The notes below the pieces were generated by a model. It saw only the letters and a list, made by a program, of their open reading frames with translations, ran no database searches and was not told where the DNA came from. Below are positions 1-9,208 of a DNA stretch of 64,000 nt, in pieces. The number at the start of each line of letters is the position of its first letter. The first letter of the stretch is position 1. The position numbers and the translations under genes are program-made. The DNA lies in NCBI GenBank assembly GCA_041660005.1, contig JBAZXG010000002.1, forward strand, positions 122,037 through 186,036. Direction: 5' to 3'. The stretch comes from Patescibacteria group bacterium (lineage in GTDB: Bacteria > Patescibacteriota > Patescibacteriia > GWA2-46-9).

Positions 1-1
1 T

Positions 2-364
2 AACCAAAGTTCGCATAGTTCTCCGGATCGTAAAGGGGGTTCCGAAGAAGAGCTGTCGAACATGTTTCACACTAATAAAGATGCCGCCGTTCAAGCTGTC
101 GCCACTTTGACGACGAGTGGTGAAATTCAAGCGTTCTATGCGACGTTTGTTGAATCAATGAGACCGTATGCTGATTTAGTTGCTGAAAATTCTGGTGAGC
201 CATGGTCCGCTGAACAGGCAGCTGCTGGCTTTCTTGCGTTCGCTCTTCAAAGGCATGATATGGAAACCCGAGACCGGTGGACGTCTGTTTTGCCTGAGGA
301 TGTCGGTGCCGCGCTTAAACGGATGCCACCAAACATGCAGGGTAACAGAAAGGGTCCAGTATAG
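2..364 (+). CDS. hypothetical protein, 5'-truncated by window edge (reading frame open from nt 2)
   Basis: ORF 62..364 has no in-frame stop upstream to the window start; no recognisable motif. Confidence 0.3.
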   Translation, partial: NQSSHSSPDRKGGSEEELSNMFHTNKDAAVQAVATLTTSGEIQAFYATFVESMRPYADLVAENSGEPWSAEQAAAGFLAFALQRHDMETRDRWTSVLPEDVGAALKRMPPNMQGNRKGPV

Positions 365-428
365 TGGCTGACAAAACCAGTTACTCTGTTACGTAAATGA
401 GTTTAAGTCGGGCTCTGTCATTAAGGTC

Positions 429-890
429 TTGAGTTGCTGGTTCAGTATGAAAAAGGAGCATTTCAAACTCATACCCGCCGTTCACCTTTTCTTAATTAAG
501 GATGGAAAGATATTATTGTTGCGTAGGTTTAATACAGGGTATGAAGACGGAAACTATAGCGTGCCCGCCGGGCATATTGATGGTGAAGAAAAAGCGACGA
601 GCGCGATGACCAGAGAGGCAAAAGAAGAAGTGGGGATAGATATAAACGAAGGTCAGTTGCGTATGGCGCATGTCATGCATAGAAAATCCGACGAAGAACG
701 AATCGATTTTTTCTTTGAGGCAACACAGTGGCAAGGCGAGCCGAAAAATATGGAGACGAACAAATGTGATGACTTGAGCTGGTTTTCAATAGACCAGCTA
801 CCGTCGAATATAATCCCTTACGTTAAAGCTGGCATAGAGAACTACAGAAATAAGCTTTCATTTTCCGAATTTGGCTGGAACGAAAGATGA
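429..890 (+). CDS. NUDIX hydrolase
   Basis: Nudix box GHIDGEEKATSAMTREAKEEVGIDI (GX5EX7REUXEEXGU pattern); start may be the Met at 447. Confidence 0.75.
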   Translation: MSCWFSMKKEHFKLIPAVHLFLIKDGKILLLRRFNTGYEDGNYSVPAGHIDGEEKATSAMTREAKEEVGIDINEGQLRMAHVMHRKSDEERIDFFFEATQWQGEPKNMETNKCDDLSWFSIDQLPSNIIPYVKAGIENYRNKLSFSEFGWNER

Positions 891-988
891 GGTACTAGAT
901 TTTGCAGGAACGGCCTACTAGTCTCGTTCCACTTCAAAAACTTTTCTTTTCTAGCCATTTGCTATACGCTATTTGCGATTTGCCCTAC

Positions 989-1062
989 GGGCCTGTAGTA
1001 AAGTGGTATTACGCTGCATTCGCATTGCAGAGGCGGGGGTTCGATTCCCCCCAGGTCCACCA
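989..1062 (+). tRNA. tRNA-Ala (anticodon CGC)
   Basis: Cloverleaf folded by eye: acceptor GGGCCUG/CAGGUCC with G3:U70 Ala identity pair, D arm GUAA/UUAC, anticodon stem CUGCA/UGCAG with loop UUCGCAU, T arm GGGGG-UUCGAUU-CCCCC, encoded ACCA. Confidence 0.85.
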
Positions 1063-1237
1063 AAAATAAATTGCTGGCGCTGTGCCAGCTTATTTATTTT
1101 TGATATGGTATGAGGGAATCGAACCCGGGAAAGGGCGCTGGGAAAACTCTAGTTTTCCCATGGCGGAATTATTCAAACCGAGGGGTTTGAAAGAAGAGCG
1201 GTAGCGACGAGGGTTCTAGGTCCGATATGTCGGACCG

Positions 1238-1256
1238 GATTCCCCCAGGTCCACCA
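1238..1256 (+). repeat. direct repeat of the 3' end of tRNA-Ala (T-loop half plus acceptor strand plus ACCA), 176 bp downstream of the tRNA
   Basis: ggattcccccaggtccacca matches tRNA 3' end gattccccccaggtccacca with one C indel; an inverted tRNA T-arm-like fragment (gggaatcgaaccc) lies between at 1113-1126. Confidence 0.6.
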
Positions 1257-1430
1257 TTCGACTCGCTTCGCTCGCTCATGGCAAGCCATCCTCTGGCGAG
1301 TCGAATGCACTGAGCGTAACGAAGTGAAGCCGAAGTGCCGTCATTAAAACACCCCCAATCGAAGTGTCCTGTTGGAGCATTGCAGGGGTAAGGAGTTTTT
1401 ATCCATTCGGGTTCTCGTTATGGTGCCTAT

Positions 1431-1769
1431 ATGTCTCCAAAAGTCCTCAAATTTAGAGCACACCTCGTTCCCCTTATTCTGAGTGGGAGTAAAAAAGTTA
1501 CCTGGCGGTTATTCGATGAAAAACATTTACAGGTTGGAGATGAACTCGTGTTTCAAGACTCTGATACAGGGAAAGATTTTGCCACAGCAGAAGTTTTGGG
1601 AGTAAGAGAAAAAACATTAGGAAAAATTAGCTCTTTTGATTATCAAGGGCACGAGAAGTTTCACGATCAGGAAGACATGCTTCGGCACTACAAAGCCGCT
1701 TACGGGGAAAGGGTTGATTTGGATACAAAGGTAAAAATTGTTACCTTTAAGCTGGTTGAGAAACTCTGA
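1431..1769 (+). CDS. ASCH/PUA-like domain protein (tentative)
   Basis: 112-aa ORF with RBS-like context; resemblance to ASCH-fold small proteins is weak and by eye only. Confidence 0.4.
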   Translation: MSPKVLKFRAHLVPLILSGSKKVTWRLFDEKHLQVGDELVFQDSDTGKDFATAEVLGVREKTLGKISSFDYQGHEKFHDQEDMLRHYKAAYGERVDLDTKVKIVTFKLVEKL

Positions 1770-1790
1770 TTTAATTAAGTAGGTACTTGC

Positions 1791-2213
1791 ATGGAGAGTG
1801 AACGCAGCACATTTCCTATCGGCGTAAATGCGGTTGTTATGCGCGACAACAGCATTCTTCTCGGGTTGCGTAAAAATTCTCATGGCAGCGGAACCTGGAG
1901 TCTCCCTGGTGGGCACCTTGAGCTCGGAGAATCAGTGGTTGACGCTGTTGCGCGTGAGCTTTTGGAAGAAACAGGACTTCGACCAAGACGATTTGTGTTT
2001 TCAGCAGTTGTGAATAATGTCGATAATAGCAGGCACTATATACAGTTCGCTTTTTTAGCCGAAGAAGTGACCGGAGAGCCAGAGGTGAAAGAGCCTGACC
2101 TTTGCGAATCTTGGCAATGGTTTCCTGCGCAGCAGTTACCAGAGAACCTTTTCCCTCCCCACAAACAGCTTATTGTTTCTGCTTTGAAGGGGGACCATTA
2201 TACAGAAAGTTAA
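1791..2213 (+). CDS. NUDIX hydrolase (MutT-like)
   Basis: Nudix box LPGGHLELGESVVDAVARELLEETGL. Confidence 0.75.
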   Translation: MESERSTFPIGVNAVVMRDNSILLGLRKNSHGSGTWSLPGGHLELGESVVDAVARELLEETGLRPRRFVFSAVVNNVDNSRHYIQFAFLAEEVTGEPEVKEPDLCESWQWFPAQQLPENLFPPHKQLIVSALKGDHYTES

Positions 2214-2227
2214 AGCATATAAATTTT

Positions 2228-3325
2228 ATGGAAGAAAGAAAAAAAATTAATGTCGGTCTTATTTATGGTGGCAAGAGCGCTGAGCACGAAGTTTCACTGC
2301 GATCTGCGCGCAGTATTTATGAGGCGCTCGACAAAGACAGGTACAATGTTGTGCTCATTGGTATTAGTCACAACGGCCAGTGGTTACTTGCGAGTGAGGC
2401 AGCGCAACTTTTAACAGCCACGGCTGTCTCTGAAAAAGTCGGCACTCATGTTATTCCTGTTGAACAAGGGAACATGTCGCTTCGCGAAGTCGGCTCAGGT
2501 GAGGAACTTGGCACGCTTGATGTCGTCTTCCCTATTATTCACGGCACCGGCGGCGAAGATGGGAGCTTACAAGGACTTCTGGAATTACTGGACGTTCCTT
2601 ATGTCGGCTGTGGTGTTCTAGGTTCTGCAGTAGGTATGGATAAAGATGTTGCAAAACGTCTCATGCGTGACGCTGGCATTGCCGTTGCAAATTATGTAGC
2701 CGTGCGCGCCAATGAATCCTGGGAAGGAGAACTCGATGCCATTGCCGCGACACTGCACTACCCGTTATTTGTGAAGCCGGCAAACCTCGGATCTTCTGTT
2801 GGGGTGCAAAAAGTAAAAGATCGTAGCACTTTGAGTGCAGCGGTTGTTGAAGCGTTCACTTTTGATACCAAAGTGCTCATAGAAGAATGTATTGAGGGGC
2901 GTGAAATTGAAGTCGCTGTTCTTGGGAACGCCGATCCCAAAGCGTCACTTCCTGGTGAAATTTTGCCGCACCACGAGTTCTATTCATACGAAGCCAAATA
3001 CATTGATGAAAACGGCGCATCGCTCTCCTTGCCAGCTGCATTATCCTTCGAAGAGCAGCAAGAAGTGCAACGCGCAGCTTGTCGCGTGTTCACTACGCTC
3101 GAGCTTTATGGCATGGCTCGGGTTGATTTCTTTTTTACCAAAGATGGCCGATGGATTTGTAACGAAGCGAATACCGCGCCCGGGTTTACTTCCATAAGTA
3201 TGTATCCAAAGCTGTGGGAGCTTTCCGGTGTGCCGTTTAATGAATTGGTTGATCAGCTTATTGAGTTGGCTTTTGAGCGTAAGAAGGTGGAACGTAAACT
3301 ACGAAGGCGTTATAACAAGCGATAA
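2228..3325 (+). CDS. ddl: D-alanine--D-alanine ligase
   Basis: N-terminus INVGLIYGGKSAEHEVSLRSA, ATP-grasp core; start chosen at MEERKKINVG (the listed ORF 2102 start overlaps the upstream gene). Confidence 0.9.
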   Translation: MEERKKINVGLIYGGKSAEHEVSLRSARSIYEALDKDRYNVVLIGISHNGQWLLASEAAQLLTATAVSEKVGTHVIPVEQGNMSLREVGSGEELGTLDVVFPIIHGTGGEDGSLQGLLELLDVPYVGCGVLGSAVGMDKDVAKRLMRDAGIAVANYVAVRANESWEGELDAIAATLHYPLFVKPANLGSSVGVQKVKDRSTLSAAVVEAFTFDTKVLIEECIEGREIEVAVLGNADPKASLPGEILPHHEFYSYEAKYIDENGASLSLPAALSFEEQQEVQRAACRVFTTLELYGMARVDFFFTKDGRWICNEANTAPGFTSISMYPKLWELSGVPFNELVDQLIELAFERKKVERKLRRRYNKR

Positions 3326-3457
3326 GCAGACGAGTATTTGTTGGTAGCTCTCTTACAATTGCCAAATACAGCAGCTTTCTATAGGATAGCAATGTGAGCT
3401 GTACCTTTCGCAAACTCGCCCCAGGGGTGAGCTTTTGTTCAACTGGACTCAACGCAT

Positions 3458-4819
3458 ATGCAAAAATCGCTTAACAGAGTGCAAGATGCCTTTCTTCGGC
3501 TAGTACGCAACCGGGCGTATTCTCATGCATACAATGCTTTGAAGCAAATGCATCCTGCCGATTTGGCTCAGTTGCTTCCTTATCTACAAAAACGAGAACA
3601 GCAGTGGTTTGCCGAGAGTCTTCTCAAGACCAGGAAACTTGCTGGAGTAGTTAGTGAAATAGACGAGAATTTAGTTCTCGATTTTTTAAACCTCATTCCC
3701 GGTGAAGAATTTGTAACGGCACTCCAAGAAATTAACGCCGATGACGCCGCTGACCTTATTACGCTTTTACCTGAAGATCGGCGGCAGGTCATATTAGAGC
3801 GACTTTCCGGACCGCAGAAGAAAGCAGTAGGGAAACTTCTCGGCTACGCTCCGAACACTGCCGGAGGTATCATGAGCCCCGACTTTGTTTCGCTGCCGCA
3901 GACCTTGACTGCAGGAGAAGCAATAGAAAAGTTACGAGCGCGTGCTATTACCGGAAGCGAAGAAATTTATAACATTTACATTTGCGACGCCGAAGACCAG
4001 TTGGTCGGCGTCGTTTCTTTTAAAGACCTCGTTCTTTCACCCGTTGGTAAAACATTAGGAGACATCATGGAGCATGACCCGGTTGCGGTCAGGCCGCATG
4101 CCAACCAGGAGTTTGTGGCCGACCTTATTGCGCGCTATAACCTGCTCTCTCTGCCGGTCATTGACGAAAATCATCGGCTCGTTGGTCGCATTACGGTTGA
4201 CGACGCTATCGACGTTTTGAAAGAAGAAGCAACAGAAGATATCTACCACCTGGGAAACCTCGGCCAAGAAGATCACATCTCAACTCCTGTATTAACTTCA
4301 ACAAAGCAACGTGTACTTTGGTTGCTCATTAACCTGGCGACGGCCATCCTCGCAGCCGCTTCTATCGCAATTTTTAGCGATACCATTTCAAAGTTCGTTA
4401 TACTGGCCGCGCTCATGCCGATTGTTTCCGGCATGGGAGGTAACGCAGGAACGCAGTCGCTGACGGTTGTGGTGCGGGGGTTGGCGCTCGGCGAAGTCGA
4501 CTGGAGTTTGGCGCTTAAAGTTGTTTGGAAGGAACTATCGGTTGGGTTACTCAATGGTATCATTCTCGGCATTGTTATTGGTGTTCTTACCTTTATTTGG
4601 TATCACAACTTGGCCTTAGCATTGGTCATGACCTTGGCTATGGTTGGTAACCTTATTATTGCCGCTTTGGCCGGAGCGTTTATTCCGCTCCTTCTCAGAA
4701 AAATGCATCAAGACCCAGCCCTTGCTTCCAGTATCTTTGTGACAACCGCAACTGACGTCGGTGGCTTCGTCCTCTTCCTTGGGTTAGCCACAGTGTTTAT
4801 CCAACTCATTATTAAATAG
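3458..4819 (+). CDS. mgtE: magnesium transporter MgtE
   Basis: MgtE N-domain (DDAADLITLLPEDRRQVILERL), CBS pair, C-terminal 5-TM domain with PIVSGMGGNAGTQS. Confidence 0.9.
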   Translation: MQKSLNRVQDAFLRLVRNRAYSHAYNALKQMHPADLAQLLPYLQKREQQWFAESLLKTRKLAGVVSEIDENLVLDFLNLIPGEEFVTALQEINADDAADLITLLPEDRRQVILERLSGPQKKAVGKLLGYAPNTAGGIMSPDFVSLPQTLTAGEAIEKLRARAITGSEEIYNIYICDAEDQLVGVVSFKDLVLSPVGKTLGDIMEHDPVAVRPHANQEFVADLIARYNLLSLPVIDENHRLVGRITVDDAIDVLKEEATEDIYHLGNLGQEDHISTPVLTSTKQRVLWLLINLATAILAAASIAIFSDTISKFVILAALMPIVSGMGGNAGTQSLTVVVRGLALGEVDWSLALKVVWKELSVGLLNGIILGIVIGVLTFIWYHNLALALVMTLAMVGNLIIAALAGAFIPLLLRKMHQDPALASSIFVTTATDVGGFVLFLGLATVFIQLIIK

Positions 4820-4825
4820 TTCGAC

Positions 4826-5584
4826 ATGGACGCGCTCGTCGTGCGGGATTTGAAAAAAAGTTACAACGGTATCCCGGCCCTCGACGGGATTTCTTTTCAG
4901 ATTAATGAGGGAGAATTTTTTGGGTTTCTCGGCCCCAATGGTGCAGGTAAGACGACGACTATCGGCTGTACGGTTGGCCTAGTAACCCCAGACGGCGGGT
5001 CTGTAGAAGTTTTTGGGCATAACGTGGTTAGCGAATATCGCACTGCGCGTCGCCTCATTGGTCTTTCACCACAAGAATTTAACGTTGATATTTTCCGTCA
5101 CCCTTGGGAAACGTTAATTAATAACGCCGGCTACTTTGGCATACCGCGAAGCATCGCCAAAGAGCGCGCTGAACGGTTACTTCGCCGCCTTGGTCTTTGG
5201 GAGCATCGTTTCAAGCGTTTCCAAAGTTTGTCTGGCGGCATGAAACGCAGGGTCCTGTTGGCAAAGGCGCTTATACATGAGCCGAAACTTTTGATTCTTG
5301 ATGAGCCGACCGCTGGCGTCGACGTTGAGCTTCGGCACTGGCTTTGGAATGAGCTAAAAAGAATACAGAGTAACGGTACAACAATTTTGTTGACCACTCA
5401 CTACTTAGAGGAAGCTGAACAGCTCTGCGAACGATTGGCTATCATTACGCATGGGAAGTTGGCGCTTGTTGAAAAAACAAGTGACCTTTTGAAGCGGTAT
5501 GGTGAGAAAAAACTTGAGGAGATTTACCTGCAAATCACCGACAGCGGAGATAAAGCAGAAGACGGTAACGCACCAGCAATATGA
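4826..5584 (+). CDS. ABC transporter ATP-binding protein (ABC-2 type)
   Basis: Walker A GPNGAGKTT, signature LSGGMKRR, Walker B LLILDEPT. Confidence 0.9.
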   Translation: MDALVVRDLKKSYNGIPALDGISFQINEGEFFGFLGPNGAGKTTTIGCTVGLVTPDGGSVEVFGHNVVSEYRTARRLIGLSPQEFNVDIFRHPWETLINNAGYFGIPRSIAKERAERLLRRLGLWEHRFKRFQSLSGGMKRRVLLAKALIHEPKLLILDEPTAGVDVELRHWLWNELKRIQSNGTTILLTTHYLEEAEQLCERLAIITHGKLALVEKTSDLLKRYGEKKLEEIYLQITDSGDKAEDGNAPAI

Positions 5585-6345
5585 ACTGGGTTGGACTTGC
5601 CACGCTTTACTGGCGCGAAATTCGTCGAACCTTTCAGGTTTCGATGCAGACGATTTTCCCGCCTATCATTACGTCTCTTTTGTACATTCTCATTTTTGGG
5701 AACGTTCTAGGATCTCGTATTCAAGAAATTTTACCCGGAGTGAGTTACATTGATTTTATGATTCCGGGCCTCCTCATGATGAACGTAATCTCTGCCAGCT
5801 TTTCAAGTAGTTCGGCGGTTATTTATATTGGTAAGTTACAAAACACCACTTCAGAACTTTTAGTTGCACCACTTTCCTATTTAGAAATTGTTTTAGGGTT
5901 TGTGCTAGCGGCGACAACACGGGGTTTAATTGTTGGGATGGGCGTTTATGGCGTGGCTCTCTTTTTTACGACCGCAACCTTCGCGCATTTTTGGATGTTT
6001 CTCTATTTTGTTCTGGCGACATCACTCCTCTTTGGTGCCGTTGGGGCGATGGTGGGGCTCTGGGCAGAAACGTTTGATCACGTTAATTTACCGAATACGT
6101 TTGTTTTGCTACCCCTCTCATTTTTTGGTGGGGTGTTCCATTCTATTAGACTGCTGCCGAGCTGGATGCAGACGCTGAGTCAAGCAAATCCCGTTTTTTA
6201 CATGGTAAATGGCATTCGCGCGAGTATGATTGGTACTGCTGACGTGCCGATGTATGTATCAGCAATCGTCGTGCTACTCCTTGCTGCTGTCAGTTTGACC
6301 TTTTGCGTTCGACTTTTTCAAAAAGGATACAACTTGCGGAGTTAG
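5581..6345 (+). CDS. ABC-2 family transporter permease
   Basis: 6-TM hydrophobic profile, translationally coupled to upstream ATPase (ATGA overlap). Confidence 0.8.
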   Translation: MNWVGLATLYWREIRRTFQVSMQTIFPPIITSLLYILIFGNVLGSRIQEILPGVSYIDFMIPGLLMMNVISASFSSSSAVIYIGKLQNTTSELLVAPLSYLEIVLGFVLAATTRGLIVGMGVYGVALFFTTATFAHFWMFLYFVLATSLLFGAVGAMVGLWAETFDHVNLPNTFVLLPLSFFGGVFHSIRLLPSWMQTLSQANPVFYMVNGIRASMIGTADVPMYVSAIVVLLLAAVSLTFCVRLFQKGYNLRS

Positions 6346-6346
6346 T
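6321..6346 (+). repeat. 26-bp direct repeat, left copy (3' end of permease gene); matches 8689..8714
   Basis: aaaaggatacaacttgcggagttagt vs aaaaggatataacttgcggagttagt, one mismatch, 2368 bp apart. Confidence 0.8.
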
Positions 6347-6458
6347 GTAAAATCTTGTGGGGTTTTTGCGGCGGTGCTAAGGTACCGTCGTTTGCTTTTA
6401 GTGTCCGGGAAGATGTACTAGACAGGTCTTTACCAGAGGAATAGGAGGAAGTTGGGTC

Positions 6459-7256
6459 ATGAAAGAGTTTTTGTTGCCAATGTATCTCGTGGGTATGGGT
6501 ACAGGGAGCGGTTCGACTCTTGCGGCCATAGAATTGGCGACCAAGGAAGGCGGTCCTTTGCATGGACTCGTCAGGATGGTCCTCGCAATCGCCACCAACG
6601 CCGAGGCCGGCCTCATCAAGAGGTTGACCGATCTTGGCATGGAGGAAGGCGAGAACCTTCTGGTCATGCCGTACAAGAAGGAGAAGTCCGAACAGTGGGG
6701 TCGGGACATTCTCCGGCGGTGCCGCGCATTCGGCGCAAATCAGTTCGGACTTTTCGGCTGTGTCCCGACGGTACCAGAGTCATGCATTGAAGCACTGATT
6801 ACCGACGGCGTGCGCTGCACAAACCAACATCCTGCGTGACCGAGAGAGTTCGGTGGCGTCGGCATGATTGGGAAACGCGCAGTGGCGGCGCAGCTCCTTT
6901 TTGAGAGGATGTTGCCTCGCGGGAACGACTTCACCGCTGCTGCCGTTTGCCAAGAGTTGGATCCCGCTGTCGACGGCGGGCGCGTTCTTCACTACGAGCG
7001 CTGCCCTATCCTCGACACCGACGACGCTGAATCGCTTCAGAAGCGGCTGCTCACGATCGAGCACAAGGTGCAGATCGAAGCGCTGCGTCGAGCAGCACTC
7101 GGTGAGCTCATTCCTGTCGAGTATCCTTCGCCAGTGAAGGCGGGGGAAGAAACTCGCTGTCGCTGGGCGAAAGAGGCGGCATTTGCTTTGTACCGCGAGG
7201 GCATTCCGTACCGGAAGTCTCTTGCTCAGATCTGGGCGCAGCAAGCCGCTCTATAG
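6459..7256 (+). pseudogene. phosphoribosylglycinamide formyltransferase-like (PurN family) interrupted by an in-frame TGA at 6837-6839; GC-rich
   Basis: ORF 6459..6839 (GTGSGSTLAAIELA ... NQHPA*) and same-frame ORF 6864..7256 (LPRGNDFTAAAV...DTDDAESLQKRLLTIEHKVQIEAL) together cover the PurN/formyltransferase fold; the two halves are in the same frame, separated by one TGA. Confidence 0.6.
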
Positions 7257-7269
7257 GAGACACAAGATC

Positions 7270-8562
7270 ATGAGAATCGGAATCATTGATGGAGGTGGCC
7301 GTGGAGCCGCCATAGCGAACGCGCTTTACAACACGGGTCGCAGGACTCGTGATGTAACGCACGTTTACAACATTGGTCGCAGTGTGGTCGGCGGATACTT
7401 CGCCGGCTCGGCGCCGACGATCAACCCGAACGACGACGAGGCCATCGCGGCCTACGTCAGGAAGATGAAGATCGACATCATCATTCCGGCACGCGACGCG
7501 GAACTCTGCGCTGGTCTCGTCGATCGTCTGACGGCGCGCGGTATCACCACGGTCGGCCCAACGGCTGAGGCGGCTCAGCTTGAAGGAAGCAAGGGTTTCT
7601 TTGCCGACCTCTGTGCTACGGTCGGAATTCCTTCCCCAGCGTCGATCGTCTGTACCAGTACAGCTCGGGCATCCTCGGCTGTGCGTCTTCTACACCGTCG
7701 GTTTGGTCAACTCCCCGTTGAGAAAGCTGATGGGCTGTGGGATGGAAAGGGAGTAGTCGTTCCAGAGACCCTCGACGAGGCCGATGCAGCAATCGCGATG
7801 CTGATGGCTGGCGGCAAAGATGTCGTCATTCAAGAGCGTCTCGACGGAGTCGAGTTCTCTTTCTTTGCTCTTTCAGACGGGAAGGTTGCAGTTCCGGTCG
7901 GGTCGGCCATTGACTACAAACGCCTTCTCGACGGCAGCATTGGTCCGAATACGGGCGGCATGGGAGCGGTGTCGCCAGTTCCGTTCGTGACCAAGATTCT
8001 GGAAGATCGAGTGATGAGAGAGGTCGTGCGTCCGCTCCTGTGGGTGATGGCCCGCCGGGGTACGCCATGCCGCGGTATCATCTATTGCGGGATGATGTTG
8101 ACCAAAGAGGGGCTGAAGGTCCTCGAGGTGAACGTGCGTTTTGGTGATCCCGAGGCGCAAGGTCTCCTTCCGCGGCTCGATCAGGTAAACGGTGCGACCT
8201 TGGCTGAGCTGCTCGTCGCCACCACCAAGGATGGTGAGCTCGAAAAGCTCAGCGTCCGCCTGCGGCCGGAGGCCGCAGTCTGTGTGGTGATGGCGTCCGC
8301 GGGATACCCCGAGGCGCCGAGGGAGGGTGATCCCATCCAGGGGCTTATCACGAACGTGGAGGGCACCGAAGTCTTCCACGCCGGCACCAAGCTCGCTGAC
8401 GACAGGCGAACTTTCCTCACCGACGGTGGGCGCGTTCTCGACGTCGTCGGGTTCGCCCCGACGGTTTTCGAGGCACGTAAGCGCGCCTATGCTCGCGTCG
8501 ATACCATCAGCTGGGATGGTGAGCAGCACCGTCATGACATCGCCGAAGACATAGCCGCCTAG
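7270..8562 (+). CDS. purD: phosphoribosylamine--glycine ligase (PurD), GC-rich
   Basis: MRIGIIDGGGRG N-terminus, near-exact PurD motif AAQLEGSKGF, ATP-grasp; RBS aggaga upstream of 7270. Confidence 0.8.
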   Translation: MRIGIIDGGGRGAAIANALYNTGRRTRDVTHVYNIGRSVVGGYFAGSAPTINPNDDEAIAAYVRKMKIDIIIPARDAELCAGLVDRLTARGITTVGPTAEAAQLEGSKGFFADLCATVGIPSPASIVCTSTARASSAVRLLHRRFGQLPVEKADGLWDGKGVVVPETLDEADAAIAMLMAGGKDVVIQERLDGVEFSFFALSDGKVAVPVGSAIDYKRLLDGSIGPNTGGMGAVSPVPFVTKILEDRVMREVVRPLLWVMARRGTPCRGIIYCGMMLTKEGLKVLEVNVRFGDPEAQGLLPRLDQVNGATLAELLVATTKDGELEKLSVRLRPEAAVCVVMASAGYPEAPREGDPIQGLITNVEGTEVFHAGTKLADDRRTFLTDGGRVLDVVGFAPTVFEARKRAYARVDTISWDGEQHRHDIAEDIAA

Positions 8563-8583
8563 CTTGGCGGCGTAACACACACA

Positions 8584-8665
8584 AAGGAGGGTTCAAACAG
8601 AACACAAGGAGGGAAGGCGGCGTTGTCACAGGGCAACGCCGTTTTTCCATGAGGAATATTTTGTG
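8584..8665 (+). repeat. about 80-bp unit containing an RBS-like aaggaggg and a rho-independent terminator (cggcgttg...caacgccg + TTTTT); copy 1 of 2
   Basis: Near-identical to 9209..9290; hairpin CGGCGTTG/CAACGCCG followed by gttttt. Confidence 0.75.
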
Positions 8666-8688
8666 ACTTTTCTTAGAAAAGTTTTTAG

Positions 8689-8714
8689 AAAAGGATATAA
8701 CTTGCGGAGTTAGT
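8689..8714 (+). repeat. 26-bp direct repeat, right copy (duplicate of permease 3' end), followed by hairpin gtcaac-tttaaacg-gttgac + T7 terminator at 8719-8750
   Basis: See 6321..6346. Confidence 0.8.
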
Positions 8715-8806
8715 ACGGGATTGGTCAACTTTAAACGGTTGACTTTTTTTGCAAAAAAGAGAAGAGTAGTTTGGTTCCACACGTTCAAGACAGGGGAGGT
8801 AAACCC

Positions 8807-9151
8807 ATGGCCGATTGCATTACGGATATGCTGAAAGGACAAGACCTCGCTGGCTGCCGAATCGAGACCTGGATCAGTCTCGAGTGGCCGACAGATGCAG
8901 GGAAGAGCGAGCACGTTGAGTACTTTTCACTGGCGGACCGCAAGGTCGTTCAAGACCTTGCTACCTCTGAAGGGATCCCTCCGCATTTCAAGGAGGTGCA
9001 AGTTCTGACGGACGGATGCGGTTCCGGTCTCATTGTTGGCAGGAGTGCTCACCTGTCAGCGGGCGAGGCCGCAAGGGCAAAGATCCAACTCAACGCCAGA
9101 GCAAGACTTCGTTCCATCGATGTAATAGCACTGGGCCTTTCGACGGAGTGA
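8807..9151 (+). CDS. hypothetical protein (about 114 aa), GC-rich cassette between two copies of the 80-bp terminator unit
   Basis: ORF with RBS ggggagg 8 nt upstream of ATG 8807; no recognisable motif. Confidence 0.4.
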   Translation: MADCITDMLKGQDLAGCRIETWISLEWPTDAGKSEHVEYFSLADRKVVQDLATSEGIPPHFKEVQVLTDGCGSGLIVGRSAHLSAGEAARAKIQLNARARLRSIDVIALGLSTE

Positions 9152-9208
9152 GTACCATCGGAACGGACATCGCCGCCGGCCTTTAAGGCTAACGCAGCAA
9201 TTCGACTC

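Noticed and set aside
1101-1180. Possible complete minus-strand tRNA near gggaatcgaaccc
   Set aside because: The reverse complement does not fold into a cloverleaf (T-stem CCGGG vs CCCTC does not pair; no anticodon arm). Treated as a tRNA fragment only.
2102-2227. Upstream extension of ddl ORF to 2102
   Set aside because: It overlaps the 3' end of the NUDIX gene in another frame. The conserved Ddl N-terminus starts at MEERKKINVG (2228).
6837-6839. Genome-wide UGA reassignment (code 25) as the explanation for the in-frame TGA
   Set aside because: Long conserved backbone genes (ftsK, pnp, topA, recQ) contain no in-frame TGA, so the standard code applies.
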